From Balanoglossus misakiensis (taxonomy: Eukaryota; Animalia; Hemichordata), in contig CM082578.2 in the NCBI GenBank assembly GCA_040954595.2, forward strand, positions 7,301,519 through 7,365,518: 64,000 nucleotides of DNA. The letters are read 5' to 3'. A model generated the notes under the pieces. It searched no databases. It was not told where the DNA came from and worked only from the letters and a program-made list of their open reading frames with translations. Positions 12,391 to 22,143 of the stretch are shown here, in pieces. The translations under genes and the position numbers were made by a program. The first letter of the stretch is position 1. Every line of letters begins with the position of its first letter.

Positions 12391-13957
12391 TTACTTTTTC
12401 CTCTTACTAATGCCGGCAATATAATTCCCTATAATCTGTTGGATGTCATCCCTCGAAAGAAATGCCGCTTTCTCATCAATTTCGGCTTCTGCGACAGCTG
12501 GAGTTATCTTGTCCAGTAAAGACTGTCTCAGTAACTTCTTCGTCAGAACTCTGGCGTTGTCGTCAACGCTCAACCACCTCTTGGCCACCTGTAGCGCTCT
12601 GGGGATGACGTCGTCGCCGGGGCAGATCTCGTCGACGAGGCCGACTTCAAGGCCCGACTGGGGGTTGAACTTCTTCGCCGACAGCCAGATCTTTTCGCTC
12701 TCTCTGTGCCCGACAACTTTGGTGACGGTCTCGGCGATCCACCGCGGCGGCGGCACGCCCACCTCGGTGGCGTTGATGGCCAGCTTGAGAGTCGGCGACG
12801 AGTTCATGACGCGGTAGTCGCAGAACTGGGCGATGGCGCAGCCGCCGGCCACGGCGTGTCCGTTGATGGCCGCCACGGTGACCAGCCTGGAGCCGTACAG
12901 GTGAACCCACAGCCGGTAGAAGTGTTGCCAACACTCTCGGATCCTGTCGTTGGACTGGTAGAATTCGGTCAAGTCAAGACCTGCGCTGAACACTTTCGGA
13001 AGTGCCTGGAGTAAATGGATAAACAGTTGAAGTATACATTACAGGTCAGACAGTATTCCACCTTCGGGTGATATTGACAGATTTTGTGCAGTCTGGTATG
13101 GCAAGCAATGTCAACTGCACCTGTCAAACAGTAAAAGGGAAATCTGTCTTGCATGCAAGGAGACACTGACTGAAACAGCCAACCTGTCACTCAGTGATTA
13201 AAACTCCATCTTATATCATCACTTTATTTTGCTGTTCAAGTTCTGCTTGGATTTTTATCAGAATTCATAACTGCATTTTCGATTGTGCTTATTATGTCCA
13301 CGCATCTATAGGCCTACTTTCCCATTTATGTACCTCTGTACTTCGACTAAAGTACTACCTATGGCTGTGGCTATCTCACATTCATGGTCTAGGCCTACAC
13401 AGAAATAATTCAAACAGTTAGATTAGTTTCACAATATCCGAATACAAATTACCACAGGCAATGGCACCATCACACTGTGTGCACTGTGATGCGACCTGAG
13501 TTGCACAACACGACTTTCGTATATGAATCCACACCTGCAGTTTATAACCAACCGTAGCTCGATTTTTCGGTTTTGCCTGGTGTCGGAGGTTGGGATCCGA
13601 ACACCAGGCACAACCTCGATCGACCTACATCAGCACTGCAGCCGATATGGACCCACTGCCTGTGACGTTTACCGATGTAAGTATGACTCCCCGACAACGC
13701 GGATCATCTTCCAACTTTCTAATGCTCGTCACAAATTCCCGCAAGAAGTCTGACGTGAAACTGTTCACTGGCGGGCGGTTCATTTTCAAGACAGCTATCC
13801 CAGCATCCATGTATTCATCGCTGACATCAATTTGTACCAGACTTCCGGAGTTGTTGGTACTGCTTGCACAGTTGCGGATCATATGTGAGCCAGGGTGCCA
13901 TGCGCGCTGGAAGGGATACGCGAACACTTCCCTCCTAAATAAATGACGCGTGGCCAT
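12391..13957 (-). CDS. ECI1: Mitochondrial enoyl-CoA delta-isomerase 1-like (crotonase family), 2 exons, about 299 aa
   Basis: Exons 13957-13673 (Arg-rich presequence, LKMNRPPVNS, RGVILTS|GT) and 13005-12391 (cag|ALPKVFSAGLDL, AAINGHAVAGGC, CDYRVM, GLVDE); phase 0 join. AATAAA on the minus strand near 12188. Confidence 0.88.
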
Positions 13958-14276
13958 CTCGCAGAATGTTCAAACTTGCTTGAAAATAACCAAGCTTTGA
14001 TAACTCAGCTCACTTGGCCCGCGCCGGACCCGGTTCTTAGGTTTGCGACCTTTGCTGACTTTTTATACATTTGGGCAAGATTCAGATTTGAAATAGCTTT
14101 TCGGATTCCAGTATCGTGAACAGTTTCAAAGTCGAGCTCATAAGTCGTGACGACACGTGGATCTTCCCTATGTATGCTATGTAATAGCATCAACAACTTA
14201 AACGTTGGCCTATATCAGTAAAGGAATACAAATGATGATAATGCTGCTGCTGCTGCAGTAGATATACAAAAAATAC

Positions 14277-14316
<40 letters not shown>
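14277..14316. repeat. (ATG)n microsatellite
   Basis: Directly visible. Confidence 0.9.
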
Positions 14317-14527
14317 CAAAACGGCGAGACTGAGAAGGTTGAGACAGTATATAATTTCGCACATTAGGGATCTTGATGGTGGACTTATTTTTATTAATTT
14401 GGACTCAAAGATAACATCTTTATGCAAAGAAAAAAATTATTTAAAGTGGTGCATAAATACTCCATGGACAGTAGCTGCCTCACCCACGAATGTCGTTTGA
14501 CCATAGACAGTAGAGGGTTTGACGTTG

Positions 14528-16369
14528 TCAAAAATCCGAATAAAGGCGATTCTCTTCGCTGATCTGATTTTTGACGGACGCGTCTTCTGTGGCCGTGACC
14601 GCTAAATGGCGGGAGGCAACTACCGTCCCCTCCAGGTTCTCGGCAACGCACACGTACGTCCCGGAATCTCCGGCAGCCGCCGAGGTCTTCACCAGCGTCC
14701 CGTCGCCGGGAATCACCGACCACTCAGCCGATCCGGACGCGCTGTTCGCTGTCTGTCCGATGCGATGTCCCCTCGGAGCCACCCAGTACACATCGGGCCG
14801 CGGCAATCCCGTGGCGTTGCACCCCAACACAACTCCGTCACCTTCATTGACGGACATCCACACTATGGGGTCATCGATTTCCGGACGGCTGCAGGTCAGG
14901 TTTTCTTGCGCGATATCTGGGACGTGCACACCTGCAAGAGACTGCGGAACGTGACAGGTGAAACCGGAGACGTACACCTGTTGACTTTTCTCCTCCGCCC
15001 ATCTTCTAAAACCCTTCAGACGACAGTCACATGACCAGGGATTATCGTCCAGATGAAGATAACCCCGTCGAACGAAAGCGAAGTGGAGCTTTTCGGGAAG
15101 CGTCGTTAAGCGGTTGCCTCGCAGGTCTATGTAATAATGTGAAAAGTACAGTCCGTCAAACGAGTGCTCGTCGACCGCTTCTACAGCCATATTATCGAGA
15201 GTGAGGACGAGGTAGAACGAAGGTGGCACCCCCTGAAACGCGTAGTCCCCGACTCTGGTTATGCGATTTCCGCCCAAATGGATTCGGATGCGAGTGTACC
15301 GATATCCGCTTCGAAACAGTGAAACGTAGAAGGACGGAATGGTGCGGATTCGATTGTGACTGAGATCCAAGATTGAGATTTGCGAGACAACGTTGAAATG
15401 ATCTGTGGGGACATCCTCGATTCGGTTGTGTGAGAGCGACAGTTCCTCGAGCTGGTTGAGCGCGGAGATGTTTGGAGGCTGTTCTAAGATATTGTTATCG
15501 AGGTAGAGGCGTTCTAGCTTGGACAACCCGGCAAACTGAGATTCTGTCAACGACGCAATTCGGTTGTTTTGCAACTTCAGCTGCCGCAACGACGAGAAAT
15601 CATCGAACACTGTCGCAGGCAGGTGGCTGATAAGGTTACTGGCAAGCGAGAGTTCCCTCAAACGAGCGAAATCAAATGCCACGAAGCGCGTCAGCTTGTT
15701 GAGATCCAAAAACAACTCCACGAGATTTCTCAAGACGTCGTACGCTGGCAAGGAGTCGTCTCCCAGTTCGTTGTCAGAGAGGTACACCTTCTTCACGTTC
15801 CGTATTCCCAGGAATGCGTCGTTCGAAAGCCTTGCTATTCGGTTGCGCGACAAGACCACATGGGCGAGTTCGGGCAAGTTCGGGAATGCGCCGACGGACG
15901 TGATGTTGTTACCCGCAAGATTTAGGTAGGTCAATCCCTTCAAATCCCTCAACGGGGGCAGGCTCGTCAGTTCATTATCGTTCAGTCGCAGTTTGTTCAG
16001 ATTTGCCAAATCGCTGAAAACGCGGGTGGGTAGCCTAGACAACTTGTTGCCGTGGAGATACAAAGCGGTCAGGTTTTTCAATCCCGTGAAGGCATCCTCG
16101 CCCAATTCTTGTAACTCATTATCGGAAATGTCCAGGTACACCAAAGCGTGGAGCCCGAGAAAGGTTTGAGAAGGGATCGCGAATATCTCGTTTCTCTTAA
16201 GACTCAAGGTACTTGTAGTCGGAGGGATGTCTTTTGGCACTTCTGTCAGTGATCGGGACGCGCAATACGCATTGCTGTCTCCATCACAGGTACACGTCAG
16301 TGTACATGAATACAAACCGTGAAAGACACCCAGTACAGAGAAGATGACCAAAAACCTTTTGGAGTGCAT
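14528..16369 (-). CDS. Secreted leucine-rich-repeat + Ig-domain protein (SP-LRRNT-LRRs-LRRCT-Ig, no TM), copy 1
   Basis: Single coding exon from ATG 16369 (MHSKRFLVIFSVLGVF signal peptide), CTC..C cap, tandem LxxLxLxxN repeats, NPWSCDC cap, Ig with CNATGLPRP..W..DSGTYVC. Splice acceptor just upstream at 16421. Confidence 0.9.
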   Translation of the reverse strand: MHSKRFLVIFSVLGVFHGLYSCTLTCTCDGDSNAYCASRSLTEVPKDIPPTTSTLSLKRNEIFAIPSQTFLGLHALVYLDISDNELQELGEDAFTGLKNLTALYLHGNKLSRLPTRVFSDLANLNKLRLNDNELTSLPPLRDLKGLTYLNLAGNNITSVGAFPNLPELAHVVLSRNRIARLSNDAFLGIRNVKKVYLSDNELGDDSLPAYDVLRNLVELFLDLNKLTRFVAFDFARLRELSLASNLISHLPATVFDDFSSLRQLKLQNNRIASLTESQFAGLSKLERLYLDNNILEQPPNISALNQLEELSLSHNRIEDVPTDHFNVVSQISILDLSHNRIRTIPSFYVSLFRSGYRYTRIRIHLGGNRITRVGDYAFQGVPPSFYLVLTLDNMAVEAVDEHSFDGLYFSHYYIDLRGNRLTTLPEKLHFAFVRRGYLHLDDNPWSCDCRLKGFRRWAEEKSQQVYVSGFTCHVPQSLAGVHVPDIAQENLTCSRPEIDDPIVWMSVNEGDGVVLGCNATGLPRPDVYWVAPRGHRIGQTANSASGSAEWSVIPGDGTLVKTSAAAGDSGTYVCVAENLEGTVVASRHLAVTATEDASVKNQISEENRLYSDF

Positions 16370-17564
16370 GGCCGTGTACGGCTGATAACCCAGCAAATCC
16401 TCCTTCAATTAGGGTCGTTCCTGTCAGTAAAGTAAAATTGCGTAAATTCCTACATAATAATGATATTGAACAATCCCCACCATTTTTGCCATGCCGTGAA
16501 TATAGACCCCCTCCCCAATGTAGGGCCTATATGATAGGGCAGTGGTTTACGGGTCTAGAAGGCAGCGTGGTATTTTGCCCTAAAATCACAAATAAACTCA
16601 ACAACAAGGAGACCTCAAAGCTACCAAATTATGTAGATATCAGCTGGACTGAACTTCCCCTTTTGGCTTTAAGAATATGATAGGGTCCATGTACTTACAT
16701 CAAATGTGAAGAATCTCTTCCAAATAAACAGCGAGTGTCCGTGTTGCTCCCAGCAAATGCCAGTGAATTTGAAGTCCAAAAAGATTGATTGAAGAGTACA
16801 CGAACTTTCTAGAGAGTCGTTGGTACAGAGAGACGGATGTCTATGTTCTGTGCGTTTTCCAGCATCAACCGCTAGCTGCATATGGACGTGCGCACATGTA
16901 AATTCTAAGGCTAGCTTTCTCTGCTCGCCATCCGATTGTAATATTCGACTACATGTGTAGCTTTTTTCGGATGATTACCGGTTTTATAGCGCCCAAAACT
17001 CTCAGTTCGGCCTGTTCTGTTTGACTTGTTGTAAACAAGGATAAGTCGTTCACACTGAAATGTCATTTTCGGAATTTCAGACAACCAACACTTGTCGTCT
17101 GATCTGCTACCTCCAGACTGTCTGCTGTCAACCAATAACAGACAACAGACAGGGCGTAGCTTCCTGGAAAGATCAGGGGTTCGTTTACTGGCTTGTTCGC
17201 CAACTATAAATGAATGACAAGAACGAAAGGTTCATTGAAAGAAGTTTTATTGGTTACTGTATATGGTCAACAATATTCATAATTACAAATAACTATTGCC
17301 CCAACTTGCAATTGAGAAATTTTCAATTATAGTACAAACACTGTGGAGATTAAATGTCGGTGACTTTACTTTACAGAGCAATCTGTTTATAACATACTTC
17401 TCCACGAAGGAACACTAAGTATGTGTCATCTATATGAAACGAAAACGCGTCAGGATTCAAGGGAGTCATATTCATAATATATACCTATCTGATGCACCGT
17501 TTGTGTAATTATTCAAATCTGAACTAACAATAACACCAACTTCACACACGACTACATGCTCTGC

Positions 17565-19388
17565 TCAAAATTCTGGGTAAACATGATTTGTTTGGTTGGC
17601 CCGATTTTCGGCCAAAGTTGTTTCTGCGGCACGAACCCGCAAATGGCGGGAGGCAACTGCCGTCCCCTCCTGATTCTCCGCGACGCACACGTACGTCCCG
17701 GAATCTCCGGCGGCGGCCGAGGTCTTCATCAGCGACCCGTCGGGCTTCACCAACCAGTCGCCGGTAGCGGACACCCTGTTCGTAGACCGGGTGATGCGAG
17801 CTCCGTCCGGGGTCACCCAGTACACGATGGGGCGTGGCGAACCCGTGGAGTCGCACTCCAACGCTATATCAGCACCTTGGTCGACCGACATCCACAGCAC
17901 GGGTTCACCGACTTCGGGTGGACTGCAGGTCAGATTTTGCGGCGCGATTTCCATGACGTCAATCTGGACAGTGGATCCCGGAAAGGCACAGGTGAACCCG
18001 CTGATCTGCACAGACCAGGTCCTATTCTCCAAACCCGGCGCATTGTCCTCCGCCCACTTTCTCATCCCCCCGAGCCGGCAATCGCAGGAGAGGGGGTTAC
18101 TTCCAACATTGATACCCAACTCATACATGAGCTCGTTCGCATAATGTAGCTTTTCGGGGAGTGTCGATAAGTTGTTGTCTCTCAGGTCGACGAACAGGCG
18201 AAACGCGTCGAGGCCGGCAAACGCGTCTTCGTCTAATTCCTCTATCTGCATGTGATCGAGAAACAGGTTCATGAGCATTGCGGGTCCAACACCTTCAAAT
18301 GCACGAGATTCCACCTTCGTGAACAGATTCCCCTCTAATTTGATCACAATGAATCCAGTCCTTCCATCATACCCTTTCTCAAATAGCGAAGGATAAAACG
18401 TCGGTACGCGAGTAAGTTGGTTATAGCCCAGATCTATTCCGATGAGTCTGGAGGTAAAATTAAAATAGTCTATCGGGATGTCCTCGATGTAGTTATGAGA
18501 CAGCGTGAAAAAAAGCAGTCGGTTTAGCTCGGAGATATTCGGCGGTTGTACTACGTTATTGTGGTGAAGGTAGAGGCTTTCTAGCTCGGGAGTGCCGGCA
18601 AACTGTGCCGCCGCCAAGGACGCAATCGCGTTGCTTCTCAGATCCAGCTCTCGCAACGAAGGGAGTCCGTCGAACGCCGTCGCTGGCAAGTGACTGATAG
18701 AATTATAGGCCAGCGAAAGTTTGGTCAGACTACCGAGGTCAAAAGCTTCGAACGTTGTCAGTTCGTTGTGATACAAGTACAACGCCTGAAGGTTCACCAA
18801 ACCCTCGGGACCAGAGGGGAATGCGTCTTTTGATATGAAAGCTATTTTGTTGTACGACAAATCCAAACGGACGAGTGCGGGACAGCTTGGGAATGCCGGG
18901 ATGGAGGCGATCTTGTTATTCGACAGATTCAGGCGCGTCAGCCGCTTCAGATCGCCCTCAGCGGGGACGCTTCTCAGTTCGTTGCCGTCCAGTCGCAGGA
19001 GCTGAAGGTTCGACATGTCCCTGAAAAAGTCGGGCGGCAGCGCGGTCAGGTTGTTGCCTTGCAGCTCTAGAACTGTAAGGATTTTCAGTCCCTTAAAAGC
19101 CGCCGGCGCCACCTCGTGTATCTGATTATGGTAGAGATACAGGCGTTCAAGTGCGGAGAGATTGTGGAAGGCAAGCGAGGGGACGGTGGACAGAGCGTTT
19201 CCGTCGAGAAACAACCTCTGCGCCGTCCGTGGGATGTTTTCAGGGATCTCCGTCAGTGATCGGCGTCTACACTTGATCCTTGTCATGTCCGACTCAGGCC
19301 TGCAGCTGCATCTCGGCGGACAGGCACAGAAACAGTAAAAGCAGCAAAGAATGGTGAAGGCCAACAGGTATATGTTGGTGGCACTCAT
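17565..19388 (-). CDS. Secreted LRR + Ig-domain protein, copy 2 (tandem paralog)
   Basis: ATG 19388, signal peptide, ACPPRCSC cap, LRRs, NPLSCDC, Ig (KTSAAAGDSGTYVCVAEN identical to copy 1). Acceptor cacag|gaac at 19462 mirrors copy 1 (gacag|gaac). Confidence 0.9.
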   Translation of the reverse strand: MSATNIYLLAFTILCCFYCFCACPPRCSCRPESDMTRIKCRRRSLTEIPENIPRTAQRLFLDGNALSTVPSLAFHNLSALERLYLYHNQIHEVAPAAFKGLKILTVLELQGNNLTALPPDFFRDMSNLQLLRLDGNELRSVPAEGDLKRLTRLNLSNNKIASIPAFPSCPALVRLDLSYNKIAFISKDAFPSGPEGLVNLQALYLYHNELTTFEAFDLGSLTKLSLAYNSISHLPATAFDGLPSLRELDLRSNAIASLAAAQFAGTPELESLYLHHNNVVQPPNISELNRLLFFTLSHNYIEDIPIDYFNFTSRLIGIDLGYNQLTRVPTFYPSLFEKGYDGRTGFIVIKLEGNLFTKVESRAFEGVGPAMLMNLFLDHMQIEELDEDAFAGLDAFRLFVDLRDNNLSTLPEKLHYANELMYELGINVGSNPLSCDCRLGGMRKWAEDNAPGLENRTWSVQISGFTCAFPGSTVQIDVMEIAPQNLTCSPPEVGEPVLWMSVDQGADIALECDSTGSPRPIVYWVTPDGARITRSTNRVSATGDWLVKPDGSLMKTSAAAGDSGTYVCVAENQEGTAVASRHLRVRAAETTLAENRANQTNHVYPEF

Positions 19389-21499
19389 CACGATGCCCGA
19401 CGGAGAAACGTTTCTGGGTGTATAATAGCAATGTCGACCAATGCTCGATTATTTTTGGTTCCTGTGAAAAGAATTCGAGTATTTGAGTATTTAGTGGATT
19501 GCAGTCATGATGATATTTCAAACAGACACGACTGACATGTTGCGTATGTTGTCAATAATTGTTGACAAGGAGTCGATACTTTCCCCTGTACACATAAAGC
19601 CATAGATGAATGGACAAATGAACGGAACCGAGCGGTGATAACCAATTAAGCCCGAAGTTCTTACCTGTACACAGAGCACAGGAAAGTTAACGTTTGTCCT
19701 CTCGGCCAAAGGCTGAGTACATGTAGTGTCCAAATGGCTCTGTTGAAACTGAAAATTATATTCACACGTTACATTGACGTGACCCATTCACGTGATTGAT
19801 TACATTACCTGGAAAACACGCAAGATCGATTTCTGCGCAATTGTTTGCACATGTTGTTTGTGAGATGGGACCTTGCACCCTGCACTCCGTTGGTGCGCAG
19901 AATCTACACTAAAGGTATCGTGTGCTCCACAGGGACAGATTTGCATAAAAAAATGATAGTCCTCCAAACCTTTCAGAATCTGCGCCTCGAAAATCTTACT
20001 GCCGTCAGGATTTCGTAACAGAGTGATGTTTGTTAATGGCACAGGGCTTCACGATTGCGGCGTGGGAGATCAGATTTGGTAACTTGATAAAAGCTGACAT
20101 CGACCTCAAGGCCATTTTTAACTTTTTTGTCGTCATTCAAAATAGAAAACATGCGCAGACAATTGTCGGTGTAGGAACAAAAAAACAGGAACTTCTTGCG
20201 ACAATCAGCAGCTATCTACAGCACCAGGCAAAACATGGTCATCAGATATAAATAACCTTTTCGTTAGATGTTTGAAGCTTTAGATGACTGAGTATTCTTC
20301 AAGGCACCGACTGCCCATTTGGCAATTGATAGATTATAATCACAATGATGTACATGTACAGTGGTGTATTTGGTAATGATATATTTAAATTATAAACTTG
20401 AGAAACATAACAGTAGTTGCAAAAACAACAACGCACGCAGTAGGGTCTCTATTTTGAAATTCGCATTTCGATGGATTACGCCAAATTGCGTAATTGCCGA
20501 TGCCAAGAAATGAAGGGTTATCAAACTCTCCCAGGGTCAATGTACAATGTATGTCGTAGAATGATGTGTAACTATAATAGGAATGCAAGAGATTTCTGTG
20601 TAATATTTTGGATCAGATGACAAGGTTTGCTTTTGTGTGATGTACACGCGGGGGATTTTATGTGGGATCGACGAATGCAGTTGTGGTTTGCATTCCATTC
20701 TAGGTTTTAATGAGATGCATTAACGGTAATCGGCATGGCCTATGGTAAACTGCAGTGGACGTTTTGGTCAACATTTCTCCTCTGAAATTCTGACTCTTGA
20801 TAAGAACCCATTCAGTTCATTACTACGTTTCATATATACTGTATCTTTATTTATCTTAACTGGAACTATGACATTTTGAATAATTTTGAATATAAAGAGA
20901 TTAACCAACGCCATGAATGAACGTGTTTAGGCCTAATTCTATATGGAACCTTGAATCATTATGGAATCTTATCATACTGGAGAAAACTGTTGCTGTACGT
21001 TGTGGTGTATGATTTTCGTTGCTATGGTAATTACGATAATAATGATTGAGCTAAATATTTAGAACTCCTATTTATTCAATTTCAATACTAGGTTATTGTG
21101 TTGACAAAAACATGCACTAATTTGAAATGTTACGGTCTTAATTACTTGATAACATTTTGTAAATTTTTTTTGTAAAAATCAAAATTTCTTGAGACGTATG
21201 TGATAAATACGGAGAATAACTACCAACCTCTTTGGGTATTCTTCACCATAACTCAATGTTTCTTCTCCCATGCGGGTGAGCATCTGTTATTATTTAAAAC
21301 CCTATTAAATTTTCACTTGAATCATTCGACGCATGCATTTTAAGTAAAGCCCAGTTTTATCGTTCTGTTATTGTTCAGATGTTATTTAAAAACAACTGTA
21401 TTCTGCAATATAACTCACTGGAACTGTTTACCGCTGCGACGGACTACTTTTTTGGGGGGCGGGGGTCACTTCTCTCTGTCGTTGGGTTTGGATTCATGC

Positions 21500-21984
21500 G
21501 CATCCGTCGTGACATCTTTCAGAGAGAGATGTAAGGATGTGCAAATGCAAAATATCACGTGTGATGTTAAATCCATTCCGAAATTATTCACTTATAGTCA
21601 ATTTAAATCTATCCCACACATGGAGGAATATTTGTATATTATTCAACACAGGGGTTTTAGAGCAGCACTGACCCGTTTTCGTCATATCAAGTCATACCTT
21701 GCGTATAGAACAGTGCAGATGGGAAAGGATAAAACCCCAAAGATCAGAAAGAACATTGTCTTATATGTAACAATGGGCATATTGAAGACGAGTATCATAT
21801 GTGTTTTATCTGCCCAGCTCATACAGATTTGCGGGAAAAATTCATCCCAAGCTTTTTCCTAAATCCTCCTGTAGAATATAAGTTTCACGAACTCACGTCA
21901 ACAAATAACAAATACTTATTACGCCAATTGAGTAAATACATTCTCTATGCTTTTCAAAAGAGAGATAAATTGTTACAAGGGTAG
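21500..21984 (+). mobile_element. Decayed 3' fragment of a non-LTR retrotransposon ORF2 (RTEX/CR1-like C-terminus)
   Basis: Frameshifted pieces KLFTYSQFK..EEYL..RAALTRFR / IEDEYH..CP..DLR / LSKYI..AF..R resemble the C-terminal Cys/His region downstream of LINE reverse transcriptase. Confidence 0.7.
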
Positions 21985-22143
21985 ATACGAGTAAATGCTT
22001 TGATGGCATGACATATTACTAGTATTCTATTTCTATTTTGTATTTAAAGGGCCAATCGGCCATATATATATACTGAATAAACATATTCAAGACAATCATT
22101 CATTCGTGACATCTGGACTTTCGATATCCGAGAACGCGCCATT

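Noticed and set aside
14528-19388. Toll-like receptors or rearranging VLR loci
   Set aside because: No TM or TIR domain, no VLR stalk or GPI tail, and no flanking LRR cassettes; both ORFs are complete.
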